64,000 nucleotides of DNA, taken from contig OX442314.1 in the NCBI GenBank assembly GCA_949358305.1, positions 24,614,001 to 24,678,000 of the forward strand. Reading direction: 5' to 3'. The translations under genes and the position numbers were made by a program. Below are positions 14,489 to 27,908 of this stretch, piece by piece. Within the stretch, counting starts at the first letter, position 1. Each line of letters starts with the position of its first letter. The stretch comes from Strigamia acuminata (taxonomy: Eukaryota). The notes under the pieces are model-generated. The model had not been told where the DNA came from. It ran no database searches and saw only the letters and a list, made by a program, of their open reading frames with translations.

Positions 14489-14853
14489 CCGTTTATCTTC
14501 AAATAGTGCACCCGCGCGCTATTAAAATTTTTTTTGCCCGCGCGCTATTGGAGGCCCCGGACTATTTAAACCCAGCATCGGCCAATTGGCCAATGCTGAG
14601 TTTTTTGAACGTATCTGCAACGAAAAACACCTCAAAGTATGACAAATGACACGTTTTCCATACGTTTCGGTAATTACGTATACAAAACGTTTCATTTGTC
14701 ATCCTTCTTTGGCACATTTCGAAAATTTTGGCCTCCAATTGTGCACCCGCACGCAATTCGAAACCCGCGCGTTTTCGTCAAAAAAATTTGGCCCGCGTAT
14801 TATCAGAGATCCGCGCGCTATTGGAGGCCCGCGGTTAATTCGAAGATATACGG
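14489..14853. mobile_element. Tc1/mariner-type MITE (CCGT(T/A)TATCTTC...GAAGATATACGG|TA)
   Basis: TIRs and repeated CCCGCGCGCTATT subterminal motifs. Paralogous sequence at about 55810-56027 and 58554-59267. Confidence 0.8.
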
Positions 14854-16917
14854 TAGTTACCGTAGACTAAACATCTTCAGACGTTTTTAAACATTTTTAC
14901 ACTTCATCAACTTTTGTTGTTCAAATGTCTGTCTAAAAAGGTCATTTTAGATGTTTTAAAGAAGATAAAGCAAACAAAACGACTCTTCTACAGTATACAT
15001 GCGGCTTGTGTTTGCTTATCTTTCGTAAACTTTTCCATCACGTTAACACGCATATATAACTAATTTGATTAAAACGAGTTTAATCTATGATGTTTTAATA
15101 GAAGTCCGACACATCCGAGAAGCACTCACACACAAAAAAAGCCATGAATTATTCATCTCGGCTCTAAAACTCCATTTAATGGACAAAAACCAGTGCATAA
15201 CTCCAATATGATAAATTTACTTTTCCGTGATCAAGCTTAAATCAACACAATTTGTGTAATGGCATTTGTGTAGAACTTTACTACAAGCAATGAAAAAACG
15301 AGACGAAAAAAATCACTCTGCCCACACCACGCCAACTTAAATCCCTCAACGGTTCAATCTCAAATTCCAACATGATTTATGCTCTGCTTTTAATCTAATT
15401 ACACAAAAAAAAAAAAAAAAAAAAAAAAAGAAAAAAGAAATTGTTCGATGCAAACCGTTGATTTCCAGCCGTGTGTTTCCCGATAGGACGAAGGCGGTGA
15501 AGCATGTGTGTCTGCTACTTTGTGGACAATGGATGAGAATGCCTGCGCGCCTCCACCCATTCCGAGACCCGCAAAGGCTATCAAATCTGACCCTCAGAGA
15601 GAAAAAGACAGACTCCGATCGAACCTGTTTTCCTCCCACGACGCTATGGGCAGTGGCCGCCCGACCTCGCCGCTGAGTGTCGCATCGCAGTCAACAAAGA
15701 AAACAATACTCTATTCTTTCTAATGGGAGCATAAACGAGAGGTTTACGATTTCCACCATTTTTCTTCTTGTTGGCTGGTAAGGTGATATCGGGGTTATCG
15801 CTCGCTTCCGTCTCACCTTTCCACGAGTGGAAATTTGAACCGCGTGTCTTAGTTCGTGAAAGGGGTCTTTTTACAACCGACACCGAACGTCGAGTAATTT
15901 AATAAAGAAGTGAAATAAATTAAAATGGACGCTCGTCACGACCGGGGCGACGTCGGCTGCGCCTTTTTGCCTCGGCATATTCGCTAGACGCAGGTCACAT
16001 GAGGGCAAACATTGAGCGTATTACAAACAGGCTCGTGGCACCCTGGTGGATTGGGAAAATGCTTTGCCCGCAACACTTACTGCAGGGCCCGCGCTTTAGA
16101 CGTGAAAAGTTGGATACAGCGAGGCAGTGAGATCAAATTATTGCATGGAGGCGAATCTTCACATCTCTCGGATAAAACTCGAAGAATAGAGGCAAAATTC
16201 TAACTTGATTATGAGAAAGAAAGAGCGAGAACACGGCTCGAGGCTCAATTCACAATCATCATCGTCTCGCAACATCACAAGAAAAATATTCATCCCAAAT
16301 TTTATCACCCGACAATCAGCAAATTTAATTTCTTTTTATTTTTTTCCCTTTTTTTTTATAAACGAATTATTTTTTTTTTTTTTATATTTGAAAAATTAAA
16401 TATTTTCGATTTTTTCACTCTTTTTTTAAATTTTGGCAATTTCATTCCATTTTAATCCTCAAAACTAACTTGGTGGGTTGACTGACCCATGCTGTATTGC
16501 TCGTCGCGAATCAATGATGTATAAAACGTTTATTCCGGGAAATTGGAGAAATGGTAAAATGTGCTGTCCAACAGTTTTACCACTGATCGTTTGTTAGAAA
16601 TACAAAGAAAAATTTTTTTGTACGATGCATCCCACTAGGAATACGATATTAAAATGTGCGGGTTGAAAATTATTATTCTTGGATTCCTTCATTATCTGCG
16701 GCTTGTTGGGCTTAGTGGAGAGAGAAGAGAGACAAGTTTTCACTCGCAAATTTAATAGTTAGCTGCTTTATATGTATTTGTTGTGTTGTTGCCAGGCATT
16801 CAGCTGTCTGGCAACTGTACAGTCGTTGCTTAACATTTAGACTTTCAGCTACTTAATTAAAGATTTACTATTGTTGGGGCTCGCACAGCAACTCTTACGA
16901 TAAAACAATATAATATT

Positions 16918-17029
16918 AGGCGTAGTCATAAAGTCATTTAAACTAGTTTGTATATTTTAAATTTAAATTTTACATTCAGACGGGTTTAAAAAAATATAAA
17001 CAAATTTAAATGACTTTATAAATGCGCCT
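16918..17029. mobile_element. 112-bp foldback MITE with ATT TSD
   Basis: AGGCGTAGTCATAAAGTCATTTAAA is inverted with TTTAAATGACTTTATAAATGCGCCT. ATT on both sides. Confidence 0.7.
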
Positions 17030-18174
17030 ATTGATTTTCGCACTTGGAATCCCACATTTTATTAACTTTTGGGGCCCTGTGCCAGTTTAAGGCCCCTTAA
17101 TGACTTGATTAATTGGCATGCCATAATTTCTCGAACATTTTTCCATAAATACACTAGCGGTCAAAGTATAAACTGTAAAACAAAAATACAAATGAGACAA
17201 AAATTAAACCAATTGCTTGATTCATAATTTTCAATGTATATATTTTTCAATCTTCCTCCAAGTTACAGAAACCTATGCAGTGAAGCCGCACCTTGTGGAC
17301 CTATCAAGTTATCCCCCTGCAAGGTTTGGCATTTTATTAATTTAAGCCTTATCACCTTCGTTTAAACCCACTGATTAATCAGAGCAATTGTTTTAACATG
17401 ATTATGTCCATACTCTGAAATTGATTTCCCTGTAATAAGTCTATTCATGGTGATGTCTATGTGGTCTAAAAAAAAAAAAAGAAAAAAAATATCCATTTTC
17501 CATCCGCCAGATTTTTTTTTGTGCATGAATCTCAAACATTTATCTTCCGCAAATGACTCGGGGAATGTGAAAATTTCACTTAGAATATTTTATTCACTTG
17601 GTTTCAAAACATCTCAAATGCGATTTGCCCCCCCTTTAACACGGTCGTGCCTCTATGTATGACAATTTTGTTAGCACTTTCCAAAGCCATCGCAAAGGGA
17701 TTAAATCAATTCAGACTCACATCAAACTTACTTAACCAGCTAAACGCTGAAAAGTTCTTTTTAATGAAGAAAATGTAAAATCATGCATTCCATAAAAAAT
17801 TCCATAAGAATAAAAAACCGATTTTCAAATCATGAAAAACATTTCTCATTGCACAATTCCTCGATTTTCTCTCCTTATTTGCCACCAGAGAAAGTGCACT
17901 CTCCTCTCCTGACAAAAAACGCACCACCTTTCGATAACTATCTCGTGGTTCCAGATTTGTATGTGGCAAATTACTAGTTTCAAGGAAATGTCTTCACATA
18001 ACTGCGTTGATTTCCCAATCACATTTAGAAGAACTTTCTGTCTCAAGTTGGGGGTCCAATAGACACGAGCACCAAAAGGAGGCCCACAAATTTTTATTAA
18101 TAAAATATGATGGTGATGCAAAGGGTTTAGTACGATTTGGCTTTAGCAGAGTCGCAGAGCAACGTGTGCTGCTA

Positions 18175-18510
18175 TACTCTGTCCATGTGTAACTTGGGCC
18201 TATTTCCGATTGGCTGAGCCTCATAACTCACTCTGTGCTTCCACCAGGAAAAATAGTTCAGAGTGGTTTTAAATTTGTTTGATGATTTTTAATCATTGAA
18301 ATGATGTAACGTTGTTTGTATTTGCTAAGAAAATGTATCTTGAAGTCATAAAATAAAGATTTATGTTGGTTTATTTCAAAATTCCTTTTTATTAAGTTTA
18401 TTGCTTGTTTTTTCCAGGGAAGCAAGTAATTTTCAAATTTATTATTGGTTGTTTTGTCTGGACAGCATTCAAAATGTCAGCCAGTGTTTTGATCTACTCT
18501 TTGGTATCTG
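18175..18510. mobile_element. Partial inverted copy of the TA-flanked MITE at 51432-51837
   Basis: TA|TACTCTG..TTGGGCCTATTT..TTGGCTGAGCCTCA and GTTTTGTCTGG..AAAATGTCAGCCAGTGTTT match the reverse complement of the 51.4-51.8 kb copy. Confidence 0.75.
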
Positions 18511-21500
18511 TCATGTCAGCTTACATAAAAATTGTTTTAAATGCAGTATTTAAATTTTTCTACGTAATTAAATTTTTCTTTTCTTTTTAATTATTTCTCT
18601 TAGAAAAATATACAATTCGAATACAAATAATTCAAAATGAGGCAGACTATCCCTTTAAACAAAAAGTGACATCTAGTATCCAATTCGCAAAATTTATATT
18701 TTATATTTTATTTTTGCAAACCGATCAACTGTAACTGGGCCCTCAGATATCTGGGCCCAATGTGCCCACGTTACAATGCGCCACTTTCTCCAGAAGCAAA
18801 ATGTGAAAAGTGGAGCATTAATCTATCCCCTTAACAATGCGAAAACATTAAATAGAAGGAAAAGCAACATTTTTGTGGTGAAAATGCCGCCTCGTTTATT
18901 TATTATGACGCCAACAAGTCGGCAACAAGCATGCAAGCTGCTATAAATAGCGAGTGGAGTGAAAATAATACAACGCTAATTGAATTTAGAGCAACCTAAC
19001 CCTATTTAAGTGCTAACAGTGGTACCTAAAGTCTTCAGCTCGATGGACTTTTATGATGGACAATACGAGCTTTGTAAATCACACATCTCGCCACCATTCG
19101 TGACTGGTGACAAATGTATTTTGAATGTAACAATTAATATGAGTTTACATTATTGGTTTATATACTATTATAGTGTTGCTATGATAATATGTATCGTTAA
19201 CAATATGCTTCTATGTATTTCTGATGGCCGGCCTATTAAATTTTAATGTGTTCAGTACTTGGTGATGATTTAGTACCAACAGTGACAACTTGCTTTCTGC
19301 TATTTCATGCTTTTCAACGTCGAAAAACGAGGGAACAAACACGAGAAGCTGTATAAACACCGCACGGGCATAACTTGATTATTTCGTTATGAGAAATTCG
19401 AGAAATTGTTTTCTAAATGAGAGCTTACTGCAGAAATTCTTAAATTATTTCCAAAAATAAAAAAAAAAATTTATTTTTTAAATGTTGATAGAATTGCCGA
19501 TAAACTCTAGTCTACCGGGACCTGTGCCCGGTCTGGAGGGAGTTCATTGTAAATTAAATGTATTTTAATTGCTTTAACCAACAAGGAAGTAATGTGGGAA
19601 AACTCGGCAGTTGCATTTGAAAGAAAAGAAACTGATGAGTAAATCATAACAGAAAATAAAGTACAAAAAAGACCGGATTTAGATATTGCGGGGCCCCCCT
19701 CCCAAAATTAAAGTTTAATCTTAAAAAAATCTAAAAAAAATACACTTATTATTATCTCTTTATATACAACTGCTTTAGTTCGCTTACACGTAAATTCAAG
19801 TTTTAAATAACAAAACTCAATCGTGTTATAATCAATATCCACATTTAATTCCCTCTAATCGGTATTGGCGGCTTCAAAATAAATTTGCTAACAGCATCAG
19901 TCTTTTCCTAATCCAATATAACTGTAATTACATTGACCTAACACATTAACAAACAAATACGTCTCCTGATTCTCCTTACCCTTTTCCTAACACAAAAATA
20001 AGTTGACACTTTAAAATCTTTTAAAAGTTGCACGATTTCCTTTCATTGCGAGATCAGTGAAAGTCAGTACCCAAGAGTGCACTCACTTTTATTCCATTTC
20101 GCCTCTTAACCTCATCCTTGTTCATATTCCCTCATGGCTAATCAACGCCAAGGTCATAAATCCCTTCAGCCTATACAAATGACAAAAAAACATGGCCACA
20201 CATATTAATAAATAAAACTGCTTAGTAACATTTAATTACAGGCTTTGCCTCAGATTGGGGTTCGTCCAAGGCTATTTTCCCCAACCACCACTAAATCTGA
20301 ACGCTTTTTAAACATTGTTGCACATTGTCTACCTTTTGCTGCCCGTGGAGCTTTCACCCATAAGGTTAAAAACTTAAAAAATAAATTGAAATTATATTGC
20401 AATGTACTACTCCTTGCCAAAAAAATGGCATACTCGATTTTATTTCTGTCTTCTCATTTTCTAATTGGGAATTCAAGACAAACATACAAAATTATAAATT
20501 ATGCTTTTGGTAAATAAAACTACAATGCGTTGGGATTCACGAGAATGCATTTTGTAACAATTTTTGCATGCTATTGGTTTGCATATCGCAGAGATGAACA
20601 TTGGCGTAAAAGCTCTACCCGTTATCCGCCCGTTACCCGTCCCCCATTAAATTTTCTTACCCGTACCCTACCCGTACCCGTATCCGTACACACCCTACCC
20701 TACCCGTACCCATAAAAGGGAAAGAAGAAAAATTAATTTCTAAGTTTAAATCTCGTTTTTGGTTAATTTTAGGCCTAAATACATGTAACTTAGGCGTAGT
20801 AAATACGTGTAATTTTAAATAATCATCTTTTTGGTTGAATACAATGCTAAACAAAGGTCGTGTAACACGACTAAAAAAATGCCATATCGTAACACTTTCC
20901 CAATATTATTATTTGTCAAATATGAATGCGTTTTTAAATGCATTTTGTCAATTGTATTATGAAATGCATTATTTAACCTACAAATAAATATTCTTAATTC
21001 CGCAGAATGCTATACATTTTGGATTGCATTAAGTAAAAAGCAATGTGTTGTAAAATATATTTTTGAACCAAAAAAAAAGCTTGCACTTCACCAACAGTGG
21101 AAATAAATTTTTTTTTAAAAAAAAAATTAAAGACGGATCAATACTTCAAATTCTCCATCCAAAATATTGACCAATTTTTGTATTTTGCTTCTAACTGGCC
21201 ATAAATCATCGACTGAAATTGACATCAAGATATAAAATTGTTTCTCCATGTTATCCCTACGAGACTTTCTAAAACACTTCTTTCTGATGAATATCTTATC
21301 TGTGTCTATTGCTTATATCCCTAAGCTCGACAGGGAAAAAAACTTAAGGTCGGAATAGCGGGATCAAAGGTGAAACAACTTTATTTTCCTCGATGCAAAC
21401 ATGTAAGAAAAGCCAGTCGCAGTCCAATTAACGAAATAATTAGTTAATGTTGAGCCCCGTGCGGGAAAAAGTTGCCAATCACACGAAATGGACAAAAGCG

Positions 21501-22322
21501 TAGCGACCACAGAACCGGCCATAACATCCCTGGACCCGTGCTATACAACAGATTAAATTCGCCCACCACTCACACGGAGCAGCTGCTATTGATTATCCTC
21601 TGGCTTCAAGATGAACGCCTCTTTGTAATTTCATTTTTAAATCCGAAATCCCTTTTCCGTTATTTAATTTTTTATTCAACTCGCGTTTATAATGTACAAA
21701 ATGGCAGACAGAAATTAAAAATTGATCAAGTGGGAAAAATAATATACTGAGCAATTCCGTTTCCTCCCGTTTTCTTTTCTTTTCTTCTCGATTTTTCTTT
21801 ATTTTTCTTTTTTTATTTCTTTTCTTTTATATTTTTATTTTGGGTCGCAATCAGAATGAAGTCGCTCGACTGCATAATGTAGTAAGAGTAGGAGGGAGCA
21901 ATATAAAGGGGTAGAAGAATAAGGAAACGAGAAAGCAGGCTAAGCTTCGATTGATTGCGACTAAGGCTGGGTGTTGCAGCAGCCAGGCAGATTACAGTTT
22001 CAAAGCAACGATTTTGCAGCATTCGACGCCCCTTCAAATATCCAACTAACAACCCCATGCCAGGAAGACCTCATCCCGCCAGCTCCAATTGGATGTCGGC
22101 TCGGAATACTAAGTGAACGACGGCACCCTACCTCATCACCAACACACGCATCACCGTATATAGACACTCTCGACGTCTTAACCTTTAACGTTGGCGAGCA
22201 TTAAAAAGGTTTATGACATTTTGTAGTTGCCACTTTAATGTTGTTCAACTTTTTTATTTTCTTTTTCTAATTTTTTTTTTTTGCATGCGAAATCAATTGT
22301 TTTATTTAAAAAAATATGTATA

Positions 22323-22836
22323 CCGTATTTTACCAAATAAGAGCCGAAAAGGCTCTTAACCGAGGGCGGCTATTATTGCAATTGTTTACCATATTTTCAT
22401 TGGAATTTCAATTTTTTTATTGAAAATTCACTTTTTTCCATTAAAAATTCACTTTTTTCCATTAAAAATTCACTTTTTTCCATTAAAAATTCACTTTTTT
22501 CCATTAAAAATTCACTTTTTTCCATTAAAAATTCACTTTTTTCCATTAAAAATTCACTTTTTTCCATTGAAAATCATTTTTTTTCCATTTATAATCATTT
22601 TTTCCCATTCAAATTTCCATTTTTTTGATTAAGATTTCACTTTTTTCATTAAAATTTTAATTTTTTCCATTGAAATTTCACTTTTTTTTCAAATTTTCTA
22701 TCTAAATAATCATCATCATCGACGAATGTTTCATCAACCGTTTCCTGTTTGGTGACAAAAGCCCTCAAATAGTAGCCGCCGCTACTATTTGAGGGCGGCT
22801 ACAAAACGAGGGCGACTCTTAATCGGTAAAATACGA
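22323..22836. mobile_element. TA-flanked MITE (CCGTATTTTACC..TAAGAG TIR) containing a 21-bp tandem array
   Basis: TIRs at both ends, with TA at 22321-22322 and 22837-22838. Same TIR type as 27909-28486 and 63339-63570. Confidence 0.8.
22420..22600. repeat. 21-bp minisatellite (CCATTAAAAATTCACTTTTTT)n, about 7 near-perfect copies plus degenerate ones
   Basis: Read directly from the sequence. Explains the repetitive KIHFFPL ORF. Confidence 0.95.
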
Positions 22837-23896
22837 TAAATTGTGTTTTAATTCATTTAAAAAAAAATAAAAAAATAAAATTTAAAAAAAAGAATTTTTT
22901 TTGGAATTTTTCTTGTAATTAAGTAATTTTCTAAGCCCAAAACACATGTTTGCTTTGTAATTGATGATCGTTTGTGGAAAGCATTTATCTCCTGCTCTAT
23001 TTACACCTAATCCCCATTTTAAAACATTTACCAAAATGGCCATATTAATTCCATCCTCAAAAAAAATTTTTTTTCTTAAATTTAATTAAAACGAAATCTC
23101 AGTCAAGTGCTTCAACAATTTCTATTCATTTTTCTACGCCCTCAGTGAGCAAAAAACAACAACAAAACACATTTACATTTTCACAAATTGCTCGATTCCC
23201 ATTCCAAATTCAAAAAAAAAAAAATCCAAAACATCAAAATTCTTCTCCCACCATCAACCAACCAAACACCAACAAACAATCCACCTATTCCCAATTATTT
23301 CAATCCCACATTACATCCCAAACTCTTTAATAACTGCCATTTTCTCCCTCCATTTTTTCCATCTGAACCAACGATGATAAATGAAAAACCTTTTTTTCTT
23401 TCTCATTTTATACTTGCTCCTACACGACCCTCAAGATTAGCTACACCTTGAAGACTCCCCGAACCCCACTTTTTTTTCCTTCTCGCCAATTTGTACGATA
23501 TCATAACAATCCATGCGGCATTTTAAAAAAAAAACTAGTGATTACAGTAGGCTCGGCTTTAAAAAAAAAAAAAAAAAAAAAAAAAACGAAAAAAAAAAAA
23601 AAAAGTGGAAAAAGGCGAGCACTCAAAGGCCCAAGTCTGTCGATCAAACAAACTCGCTTCCCAGTTGAAATTCCTCTTGGTTGCGCAGCCTCCCGCCAGT
23701 TGGCGCTCGAGTATCGCGTGAAAGACGTCGCCAGCCGAGAGGAGACGCCAACCACAAGCCAGCCATTGGCAACGCCAACGTTGAAAAAGGTTCGTGCCAC
23801 ACAACCGTCTGGTTGCAACGACCCTGCCCTGTGTGGGAGTTTCAACTGTCCCTCGTCCACGCTGACGGGCACTCTGTGCTCGTCGTGAGCCTGCAG

Positions 23897-23930
23897 TCAG
23901 TTTCTTGCCGCGGATCGATACAAGTAGATC
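23897..23930 (+). promoter_or_regulatory. Candidate Pol II core promoter (Inr + DPE) in a CpG-rich block
   Basis: TCAGTT initiator at 23897-23902 (A+1 = 23899). AGATC, matching RGWYV, at +28..+32 (23926-23930), the canonical spacing. Lies in a GC/CpG-rich block at about 23640-24110. Confidence 0.55.
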
Positions 23931-24103
23931 GTGCGCTCGCTCGCTCGTCTCGAGTTGGCTGTGCTCCCGCCTCCTCCGACGCTGCCATCATGAGCATTCT
24001 CGGTATAGTGTAAGAGTCGAGGCGCTGCTGATGCTGCTTTTCCTTCCTGCTGATGCTCACGCTCCGATGCTGCTATTCTGACCATCGACCGAGCCGATGA
24101 ACG
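23899..24103 (+). other. Candidate first exon of an unidentified host gene
   Basis: Follows the Inr/DPE and ends at the donor-like ACG|GTAAGA (GT at 24104). Possible start ATG AAC G at 24097. Alternative donor AGT|GTAAGA at 24010. Confidence 0.45.
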
Positions 24104-26381
24104 GTAAGAGATTATACTTGATTCATCGCCAGGATTAACGCTAATTACGCACTCTGTCAGGTGCCATTTTTATCGTCTCGTAAAATATGTTATGACGATT
24201 CAAAAACCCATAGTTTACGTCACGCTTTATTATCAAACTTACAAACCAAGTGATGTTGGCGTGGTTTATGTTGGGGGATGTAATCACTGGAAATACCGAT
24301 GGCTCTTTTTAGGATTCGAGGCCATTTTAAAGCCAATTCAAAAGGGATTCAACTTCCGAATAAAAATAACCCAATAATTCCCGATGCTGGCGTAATCCTG
24401 ACTGAGCGTTTTATTTTATTTTATCCCATCGCTACATTTTTTTTTCAGAGGGACGAATTGACAATATTTCTTACTGTAATTGCATTGCAAAAATGTGGAA
24501 CATTTATTTACTTCTGCTAAGTCCTTAAATATGTGTAACATACAGTTAGACCTGTATCGGCAATCACATTCATCCGGCGACCACCTGCCAAAACAACCAT
24601 TTTTTGGCACCGATATTTTAACCTGGAGGAATAATGCAACCACCTGTGTAACACAACTTCGAACATCGTCAAAAAAGTCCCATACAGTGACGATACATGT
24701 ATCTCTAATAAAACGCGGGATGCCCATTCAACGCGGTATTATGACGAGTCAAACATGCAATGGAGGCTTTCATATATTCATACACTCATCTTCATTTTTA
24801 ATAAACAACATTTGTTACATAGCAACTGAGTTACATTGTTAATTTGTAAGATATTGTTCCAACATATTTATATTCAAATTAACCAAAATCACTAAATTCT
24901 ATATCTAAATTAGCCAAAAGACTAAAATAGACGTCTAAATCGATGAAGAACACTAAAACATTTATTGGGGAAATCTAGGTTTTGTCAATAGAATGTACCC
25001 TCGTTCTATTAGATTATTTATTGTATTCTATTCTTTTTATATAGTAATATTGAATCTGTTTTCCACGAATATTTTATTTCATTTCACTACCAAACAGAGA
25101 TCGAGTGTGTAACAATAAATAAGTTATTCGCGAATTCGAAACAACATTCCGAATCAATAATTAACGAGACGACATAACTTTGTCGTATTTGCTTTTCCCA
25201 TTTTGTTTTTACTTTAAAACTCAAAGCGACATAAATAAAATAAGCAAAATAAATAGACGGGACTTTTTCCAAAAATAAAATTTTAAATTTAAAAAAAAAA
25301 ATAAAGAAATCGAAAACCTCTTCAGAAGACCACCTGTCAAAACGAGGACTTTTTGGCGCCGCAAATAGTAAGCACAGACAGGCTTCACTGCATGTACTTT
25401 GCCCCACACACACACACACAACCAAAAACTTATTGGGTTTCGTATTGTCCAATCAATAAGTCATATCCATTACTTTCTCCGTCCTACACCACCATCAAAA
25501 TTGCGGTGCTTCGTACTTCGAAAACAAAAAGAAAAGATACATTAAGTCTCTTTTATTGTATTTCCAATGATGGAACGAAATTTCGACTTTTCTTTTCCAA
25601 TTCCACTTTTTTTCCTCTTTGGGGATAATGTGAGTTACTTCCTCCTGCAGCGTGTGTTAGACAGTAAATAAATAAATTTAAAAAAAGAAAAAAAGATACA
25701 AAGGAAACTCCATTAACGACAAGTGACTGGTCAAATTAGTAAGTGGAATAGTGGAATAGCCATGTTACGACCTAATCTCAACGATTTTCTTTCGTGGCTT
25801 TTGTTGCTTTATATTAAGCCCTCCATTTTCTTTCTTTTTTTCCAACTTTGTTTCTCCGTTGAGACAAACCCCTTTCCCAAGACTCACTTGAATCCTGAAT
25901 AATTCAAGCAAAGTTTTGCATACAACTCCTCCTGTTACAATCTCTTGAATTTTTTTCCTTTTTCTTTTTGCCCTTAAACCTAACTTTCCAACGACACAAG
26001 GCCTAAGGGGGGCGGGGGGAGCAAATACATTATATAATGTCATTTAATCAATTTGTCTTTACAATTTATTGTTTACATTACCTCAATGTTGTGCTTCTCT
26101 TGACCTCTGTCAAATTCTTAAAGCAGACTGGTTTATCATTTTGTTTGCCAACTTTAAAGAAGACCATTTGTTATTCACATTCAACTTGAGTAATCTCTTG
26201 GTCTCGAAATTTATAATAAAAAGAAATTACTCCTGATATCATCAGAGCAAAACATTTGCAAGAATGTTTGCATTAATCATCAACAAAATATGGGTAGGGA
26301 GATTGCAGGGTCACGTGGTTTGATAGACTGGCGACATCCCGTCATAGTGGATATTATAAATTGGGATGGAATATATAATAA

Positions 26382-26904
26382 GGGGTTTCGTTAATAAAGG
26401 CGATTTTGAAATTGGCGATTTTGACATTTTGGATTTGTCACGTGATATCAGTTCCACCAATCATGTGCGTAGTTGCAAAGTCACAAGAGAGGATAAACGC
26501 AAAATCACAAAATCAAGCAAAAAGTAGTATTTGAGATTTTGGCGTGTGATTTTTGAGAATTTTCAAACAAAACAAAATGGCGGCGCCCAGGCTAGACCTA
26601 AGTGGCCATTACAAATAATTTCCAACGTACCGAAGTATTTTTAAAACGATATTAGCTGACTAAACCAAGAAACAAGTCCAGAAAGTTCAGTAGTAAAACT
26701 TGTAAAGTCAAAATGTTATTTGTAACTAATTTTTTAATTTGTCATACAAACTGTAAACAATTTTTTTCTCTCACATATTTTACAGTTGCTTAAGTCGTGC
26801 AACTAATTTCAGAATCTTTGAATTTAACGACATCAAAAATGATTGATTTTATGATTAATACAAAATCACAAAATTACAGAAACATACACTGAATGAAAAC
26901 CCCC
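26382..26904. mobile_element. PIF/Harbinger (Tourist)-like MITE
   Basis: TAA|GGGGTTTCGTTAA ... TGAATGAAAACCCCC|TTA. Internal GATTTTG / CAAAATC inverted motifs. Confidence 0.55.
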
Positions 26905-27908
26905 TTAACACATCTTAAGTAAACTTTTACCAAGCTTAAGCTTTAAAGTCATTCCTCCAACCAAATTAAATATAACACAAACTTAATTTATTTATATGTA
27001 TTAATAAAGCAAAACAAATATATTCTAATTTTCAACAAATAATTACAAACACATAGCAAATGCTGCTGGTAAAATAAACAAATGTGTGGAATGTACAAAA
27101 TGAGCATTTGCCATTTCAAATGGAATACCAACTTTATAATTAAATTCTAAAAATAATTAATCACGAAAAATATGGGCATTACATATTAATATATCGGGGC
27201 TTTCTCGTCCGTTCTTCATTGTGTTTGTGTGAATTCCATCCAGCAAACCGACATCGCTTGGTTGGGTCAGTAACAGGACCAGATTAACTAGAACAATGAA
27301 TCCGAGAAAAGTATCAAACTTCCATTGTGTGTCGTGCAATGAAGACATGAGGAATTTGCTGCCTGAGCTTCTCCATCCTAACTAGGGCTAAGTCGCAACG
27401 TATAAGGCGTAATAAATCAAAACGCAAGGGCTGTCTGGAGTTTGTTTTTATAGCCATAAAATGGCCGTTTAAACTCAACTTTTCACACTTTCATTGTGCG
27501 TCAGGCTTAGCCCCAAATCCAACTACTTATTTATATATATATATATTTACTTTAAACCTCAACCCAACCTGATTAGAGCGGCTTTCTCAAAGGCATTTAC
27601 TGTTATTATCAACAATAGGATTCACCTTGTTGGTTTCACTGCACATCACCACTTCTGCACAAGTGCATTGAGCATCCAGTCAAGTCAATAATAGTTAGAA
27701 CCTGCTGACTTGTAGAAATAAACAAGTAATTTGTATCTCATCTATTATCATAGAAATGTTCACGAGCTACACATCCACGGTGTTTAAATTTACATATTTT
27801 CCAACAATTTGGCCGGTTTAAACTGTCATCGGTATAATTTAATTGCTCAAAAAATGCATTTTTAATCTAAATTTTTCAAATTAAAAAATAAATAAATAAA
27901 AATAAATA

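Noticed and set aside
22128..22135. let-7 seed match CTACCTCA
   Set aside because: A single 8-mer is expected by chance in 64 kb, and there is no evidence this is a 3' UTR.
22420..22632. ORF with repeated KIHFFPL
   Set aside because: It is the translation of a 21-bp minisatellite inside a MITE.
23448..23888. 146-aa lysine-rich ORF and overlapping ORFs
   Set aside because: It has a TTG start, the poly-K comes from poly-A tracts, and the open frames reflect the high GC of the promoter block.
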